Origin: Candidatus Thorarchaeota archaeon
Lineage (GTDB): Archaea; Asgardarchaeota; Thorarchaeia; Thorarchaeales; Thorarchaeaceae
Assembly (NCBI GenBank): GCA_003345545.1
Contig: PRDH01000038.1
Span: 1-36,222, forward strand
Length of the DNA: 36,222 nt
Reading direction: 5' to 3'
A model generated the notes under the pieces. The model saw only the letters and a program-made list of their open reading frames with translations, made no database searches and had not been told where the DNA came from. The translations under genes were made by a program, and so were the position numbers. Position 1 is the first letter of the stretch. Each line of letters begins with the position of its first letter. Shown here in pieces: positions 17,951 to 27,548 of this stretch.

Positions 17951-19864
17951 ATGCAGTCCAATGATGAACAAGAATATGTAGATATCAGAGAGGAAATCAA
18001 GAAGGCACTCCCTCGTTCAGCCGCGATCACCTCAGTCGAATATGAGGGACCTGAGATAGCCATATACTCCAAGGCCCCCAAGATACTGCTGGATGACGGT
18101 GATAGCATAAAGGCACTTGCTCGCAAGATGCGAACACGCATTGTCGTCAGATCAGATCCTGATGTCAGGTTGACACATGAAGAAACAGAGAAGGCAGTTC
18201 GTGAGTTGGTACCAGCTGAGGCTGAGATAACCACGATAGACTTTGACATCTCTCGAGGTGAGGTGATTATTGAAGCACAGAAGCCAGGCCTTGTAATCGG
18301 ACGAAGTGGGACCACACTCAGAGAGATCACTCGTCAGACATTCTGGCGGCCAAATGTCATGCGAACCCCTCCTATTGAGAGCAAGCTGATAAAACAGGTT
18401 CGCTACATCATTCAATCAGAGGCTGCAACAAGAAACAAGTCATTCCGTGAGATTGGCCGGCGAATACACAGACCTATGCTCTTCAATAATGGCTGGATTA
18501 GACTTGCAGCCCTGGGAGGGTTCAGAGAGGTCGGAAGGTCGTGCATGTTCCTGCAGACCTCTGAGAGCAATATCCTCATTGACTGTGGCGTGAACGTAGG
18601 AGCGCCCAACAAGGCATTTCCAAGGCTCGATATTCCCGAGTTCAATGTTGAAAATCTAGATGCGGTAGTGATCACGCATGCGCATCTGGACCACTCAGGG
18701 ATGGTCCCATTCCTCTTCAAGTATGGGTACCGTGGACCAGTCTACATGACTGCGCCAACTCTGAATCTGGCCACTCTACTACAGCTGGACTACATTGATG
18801 TGGCAGAGCGAGAGGGCAAGCTCAGGCCATACCGCGACCGTGATGTGAAAGAGACAATCCTTCACACAATCCCCCTCAACTATGGAGAAGTGACCGATAT
18901 CGCCCCCGATGTACGACTCACCATGCACAATGCAGGCCACATACTTGGCTCAGCAATTGTCCACTTCCATATCGGAGATGGACAGTACAATATGGCATAC
19001 ACTGGGGACTTTAAGTTCGGAAGAACCAGACTACTTGAACCAGCCACCTTCACATTCCCGAGACTTGAGACACTCATTATAGAGAGCACTTACGGACATC
19101 CTACTGATAAGATGCCTCCTAGGCAAGAAGTGGAGAGGAAGTTCGCCACGATATTGAAGAGAGCCCTAGAACGTGGTGGCAAGGTCCTCATCCCGGTTCT
19201 TGCAGTCGGTCGTGCACAGGAGATCATTCTTGTCATTGAGGACTTGGTATCCAAGGGGCGCATTCCCAAGGTTCCTGTATATATTGAAGGAATGATTGCG
19301 CAAGCCACTGCAATCCATACTACACATCCAGAGGCGCTCAGCAAGAAGATTCGCGAAATGATATTCCATCAGGGTATCAATCCATTCCTAGCAGATATAT
19401 TCGTGCAGGTCGACAACCCTGATCAGCGTGAGGAGATTGCAGAGGGTGAGCCATGTATCATCATGGCGACCTCAGGCATGCTCGCTGGCGGTCCCAGTGT
19501 CGACTACTTCAGACTACTCGCCCCGGATGAGAAGAACCTGCTAGTCTTTGTTAGCTATCAGGGAGAGAATACGATGGGAAGACGTATCCAGAAGGGATGG
19601 AAAGAGGCCAACATGAAGAACAGAGAAGGACAGACAACAGTTGTCCAGGTCAATCTAGAAGTCGCAACTGTGGAGGGATTCTCAGGACACTCTGATAGGA
19701 AGCAGATTCTCAGCTTTGTGAAACGGGTGAGTCCGGCTCCGGAGCGAATTCTTGTTGCTCATGGTGAGGCATCAAAGACACTCGGACTGGCATCCACCAT
19801 CCACAAAGCATTGAACATAGAGACAAGAGCACCAATGGTGACCGAAACAATAAAGCTGAGATAG
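17951..19864 (+). CDS. fttA: aCPSF1/FttA beta-CASP ribonuclease with KH domains (transcription termination factor)
   Basis: N-terminal KH domains (EYEGPEIAIY, KPGLVIG), HAHLDH, AGHILGS, GFSGHSD, HGE; follows psmB. Confidence 0.96.
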   Translation: MQSNDEQEYVDIREEIKKALPRSAAITSVEYEGPEIAIYSKAPKILLDDGDSIKALARKMRTRIVVRSDPDVRLTHEETEKAVRELVPAEAEITTIDFDISRGEVIIEAQKPGLVIGRSGTTLREITRQTFWRPNVMRTPPIESKLIKQVRYIIQSEAATRNKSFREIGRRIHRPMLFNNGWIRLAALGGFREVGRSCMFLQTSESNILIDCGVNVGAPNKAFPRLDIPEFNVENLDAVVITHAHLDHSGMVPFLFKYGYRGPVYMTAPTLNLATLLQLDYIDVAEREGKLRPYRDRDVKETILHTIPLNYGEVTDIAPDVRLTMHNAGHILGSAIVHFHIGDGQYNMAYTGDFKFGRTRLLEPATFTFPRLETLIIESTYGHPTDKMPPRQEVERKFATILKRALERGGKVLIPVLAVGRAQEIILVIEDLVSKGRIPKVPVYIEGMIAQATAIHTTHPEALSKKIREMIFHQGINPFLADIFVQVDNPDQREEIAEGEPCIIMATSGMLAGGPSVDYFRLLAPDEKNLLVFVSYQGENTMGRRIQKGWKEANMKNREGQTTVVQVNLEVATVEGFSGHSDRKQILSFVKRVSPAPERILVAHGEASKTLGLASTIHKALNIETRAPMVTETIKLR

Positions 19865-19870
19865 TGAAGG

Positions 19871-20269
19871 TCATAGCTTCACGAAGTTGGGTGTGACAAT
19901 CATGCACGCATCATTGACAAGAGCGATGTCAGCCTCATAGCCTCTTGTGGCACTTCTGATTCTCTCGATGATACGACGCAGTTCAAGATGAGTCTGCTCA
20001 TTTCCGTCATTCAGACCGGAGATATCAAGCAAGACAATATTGCCACCCTTGATCTCATCGACCACGAAGGGAACATCAGCAAGTGACTCCAGTTTCTTTG
20101 ATCTGACAAAGATCGTTTCCAGTTCATTTAGCTTCTTGAGTTCCTTGCGAGGATCAGATTGGGAGGTCTCAACAACGGGAGAGAAGACCCCTAGACTTGG
20201 ATATGTCCGTCTAGTGCTCTTTTCCTGGGAGACTTCATCATTTTGTTTTCGTCTGAAGAGAAACCTCAC
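19871..20269 (-). CDS. sepF: Cell division protein SepF (archaeal type)
   Basis: LESLADV..V.DEIKGGNIVLLDI..L...ELRRIIERI......DIALV....MIVTP..V. Confidence 0.85.
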   Translation of the reverse strand: MRFLFRRKQNDEVSQEKSTRRTYPSLGVFSPVVETSQSDPRKELKKLNELETIFVRSKKLESLADVPFVVDEIKGGNIVLLDISGLNDGNEQTHLELRRIIERIRSATRGYEADIALVNDACMIVTPNFVKL

Positions 20270-20392
20270 TGTTATGCCACCTCAGTTCTTCAAGACAAGA
20301 GTCCCGTCGAATAAAGAAAAGACCGAGTATTATGGGGCTAAAACAAGGAGCTAATCCTTATCACCGTGACAACATATGATGCACTGAGCTAG

Positions 20393-23059
20393 ATGTCCAT
20401 GCACATAGAGGAGGAAAATGACCCGCTATCTCGACTCCGAGGACAATTGAAGGCGCTCAGTAATAGGCATGCAATTGAGATTCTTCAGGTGTTGAGTCCT
20501 CAGACTGGAGAGATGGTACCCACACTTGGATGGGACTCGATTGTGGAAGGTCTCTTAGCCCTTGATGGAATCAGTAGACCTAAGTCAAATCCAAGAGGAG
20601 AGAAATCCCAGGAAGAGGTAGAGTATGAACTCGCACGCCGGGGGCTAATCTCTGGCGGAACAGTCTATGAGACCATGAACAAACTTGTGAGGGTCGGTTT
20701 TGTAGTGACCTCTGGCGACAGGGGTCGAAAACAGAGAGGGTTCATGATAACTCATGACGGAAGGCTTGCACTGGCATCTGTCGGACGACTTGAAGAGCCG
20801 ATAGGAACAGGGACAGAGGTCCAGAGAGCTGCAAGAATACTTCTGAAACACAAGAACTTCGTTGCCCTTCTTCCAGCACAGGAGAAATTCCTCCGCGAGA
20901 TTGGCGACATCAATGACAACCTCGTGATCCAGATGCCTCCTGGCTCAGGAAAGACATTTCTCGCAATGATTGTGATTCTCCTGCGGTTGCAGAGAGGTGT
21001 TAGGTGTCTCTATCTCAGCCCCTATACGTCACTCAGCAGGCAAATCATGGATGAATACGGAGCCCTGTTAGAAGAGCTTGGATATGCTGTCGTCCGATAT
21101 GATGGGCTATCGCCTGTCACCGACAGCGAACTGGAAGAGACCAATCTTATTGTTGCAATGTATGAAACCTTTGCCTCTGCGGCACTTCAGAAGAAGAAGT
21201 GGACATCGAAGTTGGGTCTTGCTGTCGTCGATGAATTGACAGAACTTGATTCCTCACAGCCTGAGATGCAGTCCCAAGACCTTGGTACCGATAGAAGTGT
21301 AAAACTAGACTGTATCATCACCCTGCTAAAAGGCCAGATGCAGATTCTGACACTCTCCTCGAGATTCGGTGAGACTGAGAAGATCACAGAATGGCTCAAC
21401 GCAACGGCATTTCGACCTGACTTTAGATTGACCCCCGACGAATTCATTGTGAGCAAGAGCGGTCAGGGAATCAAGATTGTGAGCAGTGATGGAACTCAGA
21501 GAAGTACATCTCAGCAGGAAGACGTGCTTGACGCAGTCATGGAGCATATAGAGGACTACAAGAAGAAGTCGATACTCTTCGTTGTCGGATCGAGATACAG
21601 AGCCCAAGGAATCGCCAGAAGGCTCGCAAGAAGTCACCCAAGAGAGATAGGCTCAGAGATAGTGAATCAGATAATAGGGACAGGGGAGAGCCTCCCTCTG
21701 AGTAGCAGACTGTCAAACACGTTGAGATACGGAGTCGCATTTCATCATTCAGGTCTAGATGCAGGTGTACGAGAGCGACTTGAGAATGCAATCAGAAGTA
21801 GAGTCGTAAGAACGGTCGTTTCGACAACTGGCATCACATCAGGAATGAGTTTCCCGTTTGACTGTGTTGTCATCTTGCTTGATTCCAACATGTATTTCCT
21901 TTCCGCCAGGTCGCGCTATCTACAGATTGCCGGGAGAATTGGTGAGTACCATCTCAGACAACATGGGGGCAGAGTGTATCTCGTCTTTGAGGGGCCCACA
22001 CAGGAGTTCCCAACTCCAGAAGCAATGGAAGAGATCCTCCTTCATAGGCCCCTTGAGGCTCTTAAGCCAGGTGTGATGTACCCGAGCCTAGCAGTCAGTG
22101 TGTTAGTCAGGACGCTCATCAACGGACGCCCAGCAATTCTGGAAGATGTCCGGAGGATGTTCGTGGAGTTTGTCAGAGGATCGTTCAGAGGAACAATTGA
22201 TCAAGACTACAGCTCGAGGATGGACAGGTTCTTTGATGCCTTAGTCCAATGGCTGATTGATGAAGGGGTGCTTGAGAGCGGCAAGAGCGGCCTCGTCTTG
22301 ACCAAGGAGGCTCGCGATGCAGTACTCTCAGGAATAGATCCTGTTGATTACATGCAGAGAAGAGAGGATTTCTCCGAAGTCAAGGCAGACACCGCAGTTA
22401 GCGATCTTGTTGACTTGCTGTTGAGGTTTCGACTGCCGCAGTCGGTCAGACCGAGAACTCTGGCACCGTCACAGACAGAGATTGAGATGATGGGACTAAG
22501 GACCCCTGAAGACTGGTACATGAAACTGATACCTACACGGCTGAGAATCAAGAAATCAGTGCTCACTAGATGGTTAGATGAACAGAACATTGCCTCGATA
22601 ATCAATGAAACTGGAGAGATGGTCAAGGGTATCAGTCTCGATGAAGGAGACCTGGATTCGCTCCTTGGTATCTGCAGCAGTGTAGCAGAGAGTCTGAACA
22701 GGTTTTACCTGACTCAGAAGAAGAGAAGCATTGCTGAACGATTCCGTATCTTGGGCAGGCAGTTGCAGTACGGTGTTCGGCCGGACTTGGCAAACTCGGA
22801 CTTGCTTGAACTCCTTCTCATCCAGAGTGACAACTCGCCATCAAGCAGACTGTCACGAAACGCTGCACGAGTCCTGTACGAACATGGATACAAGTCAATC
22901 TCAGATGTTGTGAGGAAGGACATTGATGCAAGTCTGAAGGGATTAGCAAGGGATAGATTCTCCAGGAACTGTGGTCTGGAGCCGGAGCGGGCAAAAGAGG
23001 TCTACAAAGCTGCCATGATGCATATTCGCTCGAAGATCATCGGAGATGATGATGAGTGA
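20393..23059 (+). CDS. N-terminal winged-helix domain fused to a divergent Ski2/Hel308-like SF2 helicase
   Basis: LKALSN...ILQVL and GTVYETMNKLVRVGFV...ITHDG (wHTH); Q motif LLPAQ, MPPGSGKT, VVDELT, GVAFHHSGL, QIAGRIG. Confidence 0.8.
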   Translation: MSMHIEEENDPLSRLRGQLKALSNRHAIEILQVLSPQTGEMVPTLGWDSIVEGLLALDGISRPKSNPRGEKSQEEVEYELARRGLISGGTVYETMNKLVRVGFVVTSGDRGRKQRGFMITHDGRLALASVGRLEEPIGTGTEVQRAARILLKHKNFVALLPAQEKFLREIGDINDNLVIQMPPGSGKTFLAMIVILLRLQRGVRCLYLSPYTSLSRQIMDEYGALLEELGYAVVRYDGLSPVTDSELEETNLIVAMYETFASAALQKKKWTSKLGLAVVDELTELDSSQPEMQSQDLGTDRSVKLDCIITLLKGQMQILTLSSRFGETEKITEWLNATAFRPDFRLTPDEFIVSKSGQGIKIVSSDGTQRSTSQQEDVLDAVMEHIEDYKKKSILFVVGSRYRAQGIARRLARSHPREIGSEIVNQIIGTGESLPLSSRLSNTLRYGVAFHHSGLDAGVRERLENAIRSRVVRTVVSTTGITSGMSFPFDCVVILLDSNMYFLSARSRYLQIAGRIGEYHLRQHGGRVYLVFEGPTQEFPTPEAMEEILLHRPLEALKPGVMYPSLAVSVLVRTLINGRPAILEDVRRMFVEFVRGSFRGTIDQDYSSRMDRFFDALVQWLIDEGVLESGKSGLVLTKEARDAVLSGIDPVDYMQRREDFSEVKADTAVSDLVDLLLRFRLPQSVRPRTLAPSQTEIEMMGLRTPEDWYMKLIPTRLRIKKSVLTRWLDEQNIASIINETGEMVKGISLDEGDLDSLLGICSSVAESLNRFYLTQKKRSIAERFRILGRQLQYGVRPDLANSDLLELLLIQSDNSPSSRLSRNAARVLYEHGYKSISDVVRKDIDASLKGLARDRFSRNCGLEPERAKEVYKAAMMHIRSKIIGDDDE

Positions 23060-23062
23060 GTT

Positions 23063-23566
23063 CTACTGCTTGCTGAAGTCCCAGAGCTCATCGTTGATGT
23101 GATGCACTGACCGCACTACTTTTCCACTGCTAGCAGCTCGAAGGTCAGCTGCTGAGAAACTCGATATTCCCACAGCCAGAGGCTTGCCATGCCGCTCATC
23201 AACGACTGAAACAATGCCATTTGCTTTGACCTCATCATCCACTTGCGTAATTCCGGGCCTCATGATATCAGCGCCATTCACAACAAACTTCACTGCACCC
23301 ATATCGACTGTGACCTTTGGGATGTGTATTATGCCAGTGAGAAGAGCATTGAGAGTGGGAAAGAATCGACCTTCTGATTCAAAGAAGACGATATCACCAT
23401 TCAAAAGCAGAATCCTTGAGCCATCATCAAGAATACCGCTCTCAAGCTGCACGTCTGAACCCAGGCCTATGGATGAGCCGACGTCGTTCTCTAGCCTCTC
23501 GAGCTCAAGCTTCTGTTCACGCTTCTTCAAGAGATGACGTTTCTTTATACGTTCAATCTTAGGCAT
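23063..23566 (-). CDS. PUA-domain RNA-binding protein (MCT-1/Tma20-like, DUF1947)
   Basis: FPTL, VTVDMGAVKFVVNGADIMRPGI, HGKPLAVG, GKVV.SVHHINDELW. Confidence 0.92.
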   Translation of the reverse strand: MPKIERIKKRHLLKKREQKLELERLENDVGSSIGLGSDVQLESGILDDGSRILLLNGDIVFFESEGRFFPTLNALLTGIIHIPKVTVDMGAVKFVVNGADIMRPGITQVDDEVKANGIVSVVDERHGKPLAVGISSFSAADLRAASSGKVVRSVHHINDELWDFSKQ

Positions 23567-23726
23567 CTTGTTTGGACTGGCGCACTCTAGCCTTTTGAAG
23601 CCTGCGAAAGTACTGTTTGAAGAAACCAGGGGGCGTCGCCATCGTCATGTTTTTAAGCCGTGCCCAAGGACTAGCGGAAACGTCGTATGACCTAGGTCAT
23701 AGACAGTCTTCTGTGTTGGTGAATCT

Positions 23727-23972
23727 ATGAACGCAGGTAAACCCATGGAACTACTTCAAACCTCGATTGGCTCACAAGTTCTGGTCGAACTAAAGGGCAG
23801 AAAGAAGATCAAGGGAAAACTGCGAGGCTTTGACCAACACCTCAACCTCATCCTTGAGGATGCTGAGGAGATCTCAGTCGACCCAGAAACAAATGAGCAG
23901 ACCGTCGTTCAGGTAGATACGGTCATCGTACGAGGCGACAACGTAATCCTCGTTTCACCTCCGCCAAAATAG
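23727..23972 (+). CDS. Sm-like archaeal protein (SmAP1/Lsm)
   Basis: VLVELKG..IKGKLRGFDQHLNLILEDAEE, VIVRGDNVILVSP; directly upstream of rpl37e. Confidence 0.95.
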   Translation: MNAGKPMELLQTSIGSQVLVELKGRKKIKGKLRGFDQHLNLILEDAEEISVDPETNEQTVVQVDTVIVRGDNVILVSPPPK

Positions 23973-23989
23973 TATAGGAGAAGGGACCC

Positions 23990-24178
23990 ATGGGAAAAGG
24001 AACTCCAGCAAAGGGAAAGAAAAACAATCCAAAGATGATTCGCTGTAGAAGGTGCGGCCGGAGGTCCTACCACGTCAGACACAAGAGATGCGCCTACTGT
24101 GGTTATGGAGCCTCTGCAAAGCTCCGTCAGTACAACTGGACACACAAGAACCGTCACGGTATCCGTATTCGCGGGTGA
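23990..24178 (+). CDS. rpl37e: 50S ribosomal protein eL37
   Basis: MGKGTP, CRRCGRRSYH....CAYCGYG...KLRQYNW. Confidence 0.97.
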   Translation: MGKGTPAKGKKNNPKMIRCRRCGRRSYHVRHKRCAYCGYGASAKLRQYNWTHKNRHGIRIRG

Positions 24179-24340
24179 GTCTTATTCCTTCCTGTGGACT
24201 CGGTAGTCCCAATTCAGTTCTTTTAGCAGTGAAAGAGAAGGCCACTCGTACTGTATAGTCGCATTTCAGACATGCGCGTGCGGGATTTGAGTAATAGCAG
24301 CTTCTTCAGTTGGGCAGTGCCACAGATGAGTCCATCGGAC

Positions 24341-24664
24341 CTATTTCTCATGTTTGTGCTCCTGTGATTTCGTTCTGGGATTGGTGTAGCTCGAGAATGA
24401 TCTTGTGGGCGGTCGTTCAATCTTCCCTCCAAGCGGTAGAGGGCCCGCTGATGATGCACGAATCCCGGGCGAATAGGAGGTTTCGAAACCATACGAAGCC
24501 TGTATGACAGTCAAATCCTCGGTCCGTGGCGTTCCACCTTGTCGTTCGGTCCTGACCTGAGCACCGCTTATACAGGTCTTTACAAACAAATATAGTGTAA
24601 AGAGAAGGCAACCTCCAACAAGAGCACCCATCAATATGGTCTGAGTAACAAGTTCTATCTGCAT
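24341..24664 (-). CDS. Hypothetical protein with single N-terminal TM anchor
   Basis: Hydrophobic N-terminus, GGGGG RBS-like sequence, upstream TCCTTAAGTGG identical to the box upstream of rpl21e (13203). Confidence 0.55.
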   Translation of the reverse strand: MQIELVTQTILMGALVGGCLLFTLYLFVKTCISGAQVRTERQGGTPRTEDLTVIQASYGFETSYSPGIRASSAGPLPLGGKIERPPTRSFSSYTNPRTKSQEHKHEK

Positions 24665-24940
24665 CTCGTTTCCCCCAAGTCATCACAGTATCGGAACCAC
24701 TTAAGGATTCCTCACAAATAACGAGTAGCGCGAGAGTGGAGCAGACCATCATAGGTTATTTAGAATGACAGCCTCATGGAACTCAAGGAGAGAGCCCTCT
24801 AAAGGCAAAAGTCAACCTCATGGAGTAACGGAAATAAGTTACCCTAGGCACAGTAGCAATCGGTGGGAATACGATTGAAGAGGCAGCATAGAGAGAAGAA
24901 AATCCCAACTCCATGCACTGATGAGGAAACCGAGATAGGT

Positions 24941-25075
24941 ATGAAGGTCGTAGCAATTATGCAGACCATTACTGAGGATCTAGACGACGCTGGAAAGAGA
25001 GCGTGGCGCAAGATACTTGGCATGAATGGAGCGGTATCTAGGGGTAGCAAGCGCGTTGATGAAACTGATGAATAA
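24941..25075 (+). CDS. Possible small protein or gene remnant (44 aa)
   Basis: ATG with AGGT upstream inside track ORF 24863..25075; no recognisable motif. Confidence 0.25.
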   Translation: MKVVAIMQTITEDLDDAGKRAWRKILGMNGAVSRGSKRVDETDE

Positions 25076-25156
25076 GGTGGTTTGAACTCGATGAAACTCA
25101 TTGACATACTAAACCAGATAACAGATAGAAAACTCGCGAGATTCTGAATAGCATCT

Positions 25157-26101
25157 CTATATCTTTATGATGCTATTCGGAATTCTGGGGAACAGCGTAA
25201 TCTCACAGATGTTTGAACGTTTTGTCAGAAATCGAATCAGTCGTTCAATTCCAAGCCCGCCTCCAGCACTTGGCCCCAGCATTCCAGCTCTGGCGAGTTC
25301 AAGATACGGAGCAAAATCATCCAGTTTCTGTCCGCGTTCTCGTATCTTTCTGACTAGAACATAATACTCGTAATCGCGTTCCCCGCCTGAGAGTGCTTCC
25401 TGATATCCTTCTGGGTAAACTAGGTCATAGTTGACATAGTGTCCGTGATGTTCCGGGTCTTCTCTGTCGTAAAACTCTCTCTGAAAGTCAGTAATCCAGA
25501 ACAAGTCATCTTCGGAACGTGATATCTCTGATTCGTAATGAGGGCCGTATTCTTCCAATAATGACCAGCTGGTGTGAGTGCGAAATGGTCTTCGTGGAAT
25601 CCTGAGAGTAGCATTCAGTTTCTCGAGTTCATCAGCACATGTTGCCTTGACCTGGGATATGATATAGATCATTAGATCCTCGATGAGTGTCATGAACTCG
25701 CTTGCTGTCGCGGTCTTAAGCTCAATATCAAGCTGGGAGAACTCTAGGAGATGTCTGTCGCTACTTTGAACTCGCTCTAATCGAACATTAGGTGAAACAA
25801 TGTATATACCTCTAGTATCAAGAGCTGACACAGCAATCTGCTTGTGAAGGATCATGCTCTTTGTGAGCTGTAGCTTTTGCCCGTTATACGTGATATATGC
25901 GTCGTCAACTGAATGATTGAGAGGATCTGTGATGGGAGAGAGAATGACGGGCATCAACTGAATGAGTCCTCTGCCACTCAGAAAGTCATGCATGGCTCTC
26001 AGTGCCTCAGTCTGTACTCTGAATATCTGAGAATAACTCCCGTTTCCGTTTTGAGGATGCGTTGTTGTTTTCATTAAAGGCTCAGTCGTCATAGTCATCA
26101 C
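25157..26101 (-). CDS. asnA: Archaeal ammonia-dependent asparagine synthetase A (AsnRS-like, no anticodon-binding domain)
   Basis: Class II aaRS catalytic core only: PVILSPITDPL, LTKSMILHKQ, SPNVRLE, HLLEFSQLDIE, EALSGGER, SAGGGLGIERL. Confidence 0.9.
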   Translation of the reverse strand: MMTMTTEPLMKTTTHPQNGNGSYSQIFRVQTEALRAMHDFLSGRGLIQLMPVILSPITDPLNHSVDDAYITYNGQKLQLTKSMILHKQIAVSALDTRGIYIVSPNVRLERVQSSDRHLLEFSQLDIELKTATASEFMTLIEDLMIYIISQVKATCADELEKLNATLRIPRRPFRTHTSWSLLEEYGPHYESEISRSEDDLFWITDFQREFYDREDPEHHGHYVNYDLVYPEGYQEALSGGERDYEYYVLVRKIRERGQKLDDFAPYLELARAGMLGPSAGGGLGIERLIRFLTKRSNICEITLFPRIPNSIIKI

Positions 26102-26160
26102 AGGTTAGGCTACTCTATAGAAACACAGACAATGAACTTCTCTACATAAGAATTTGCAGA

Positions 26161-26219
26161 GAAAAATGGAATGATTGTCAAGAAGGACAGGTTTAAGTCT
26201 GAAAGATGGAATAATTTTC
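26161..26219. promoter_or_regulatory. Two 19-bp direct repeats flanking a TTTAAG box; candidate Lrp/AsnC operators
   Basis: GAAAAATGGAATGATTGTC (26161) and GAAAGATGGAATAATTTTC (26201), 16/19 identical, 40 bp apart. Confidence 0.5.
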
Positions 26220-26223
26220 CATT

Positions 26224-26673
26224 ATGATCCAGCTTGATGATAAGGATTACAGGATACTGGCCCTCTTACGAGAGAATGCCAGACTTACGACAGGTGAGAT
26301 GGCGAAAGAACTCGGTATCGCTCAGACTACAATTCACAATCGCATAAAGAGGATGAGAGAGAGCGGAATCATCAAACGCTTCACTGTGGATTTGGATAGA
26401 AAGAAGATTGGCAGAGGCCTTGTAGCATATATTCTGTGCACTGTTTCATATCACACTTCTCGCGGGCAGAAGATCGACCAGTATGAAGTAGCTCGACTAG
26501 TCAAAACATTGCCTGAGGTAGAGGAAGTCTCGATAGTGACCGGAGAGAATGACATTATTGTCAAGGTAGCGCTGAGAGATGTGGATGAACTGAACGATTT
26601 CATTATTTACAAACTACGAAATACGGAAGGCATAGAAAAAACCAGGACAAGTGTTGTACTATCAGAGGTGTAG
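26224..26673 (+). CDS. Lrp/AsnC family transcriptional regulator
   Basis: LDDKDYRILALLRENAR...TIHNRIKRM.ESGII, PEVEEV..VTGENDI. Confidence 0.95.
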   Translation: MIQLDDKDYRILALLRENARLTTGEMAKELGIAQTTIHNRIKRMRESGIIKRFTVDLDRKKIGRGLVAYILCTVSYHTSRGQKIDQYEVARLVKTLPEVEEVSIVTGENDIIVKVALRDVDELNDFIIYKLRNTEGIEKTRTSVVLSEV

Positions 26674-26910
26674 AGGTTTCTTGGAGACCAGTCTCGGAAT
26701 CATTCACTTGATTCTCAATCTCCTAGATAGTGGAACTGTGCTCATCCGTCCCTAGCGTGCTGAGTACCCTTTGATGACTAGAGAGAGAAGTTGCGGACAG
26801 GTCGAGATTTCTCAAGGATGAGCTGATGGACATGCAATAACCCAGCTGACTTATATCCATCTAGCTAATCATCTGATTTCAAATAGACCTGCAACGTGGT
26901 TTCCGTGTCG

Positions 26911-27372
26911 ATGGAAGACAAGATTCAGATGAATCCAGTTGGGTTTGTGCAACGTGAGAAACCTGATGAGGATGTCAAAGATAGGAGAATCATATCGAGA
27001 GTGGTTCTTGATGCCAAGTTCTCTGAGGGCCTGTCGGGAGTCGATGAGTTCTCACATATCTATATCATATTTTGGTTGAATAAGGTCAAGCAAGCCGATA
27101 TCGGCACGCTAGAGCGCCATGTCTTTGACGATCCAAAACTGCCGCTCGTTGGTATCTTTGCCACAAGGTCGCCCACTCGACCAAACCCCATAGGTCAGAC
27201 CTTGGTCGAGCTAGTCAGACGGGAGGATAATGTACTCTGGGTCCGGGGTCTTGATGCCTATGATGGCACACCCGTCTTGGATATCAAACCATATCCAGAT
27301 TGGGAGCGAGGACAATGGATAGTTGTCAAGGATTTTAGAGCTCCAGATTGGTTGAGGAGTATCAACAAGTAG
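26911..27372 (+). CDS. trmO: TrmO/TsaA-family tRNA (t6A37)-N6 methyltransferase
   Basis: PVGFV, FSHIYIIFWL, GIFATRSPTRPNPIG, GLDAYDGTPVLDIKPY. Confidence 0.9.
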   Translation: MEDKIQMNPVGFVQREKPDEDVKDRRIISRVVLDAKFSEGLSGVDEFSHIYIIFWLNKVKQADIGTLERHVFDDPKLPLVGIFATRSPTRPNPIGQTLVELVRREDNVLWVRGLDAYDGTPVLDIKPYPDWERGQWIVVKDFRAPDWLRSINK

Positions 27373-27548
27373 TGCCATCTGATATGACAGACTCTAATCG
27401 CAAATCAAGCAGTCGCCAAACGGAGTGAAGTCTATTAGGGTCTTCAATGTGAAGTGCCCTTCAGCAAAATTCAATTGCCAATGGTAGAAATCGCTAAGGG
27501 TACTCTCAAGCATGTTGCCTTCGTTTATTGACAAGAAAAGAGAGGATC

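Noticed and set aside
25076-25090. GGTGGTTTGAACTCG resembling a collapsed tRNA-Ala end (CGAGTTCAAA + CCACC on the minus strand) near the left island boundary
   Set aside because: Only a 10-nt plus a 5-nt match with an internal gap; compatible with chance
26771-26850. Possible C/D-box sRNA (TTGATGA ... CTGA)
   Set aside because: Box spacing and internal D'/C' boxes are unconvincing; no target could be identified
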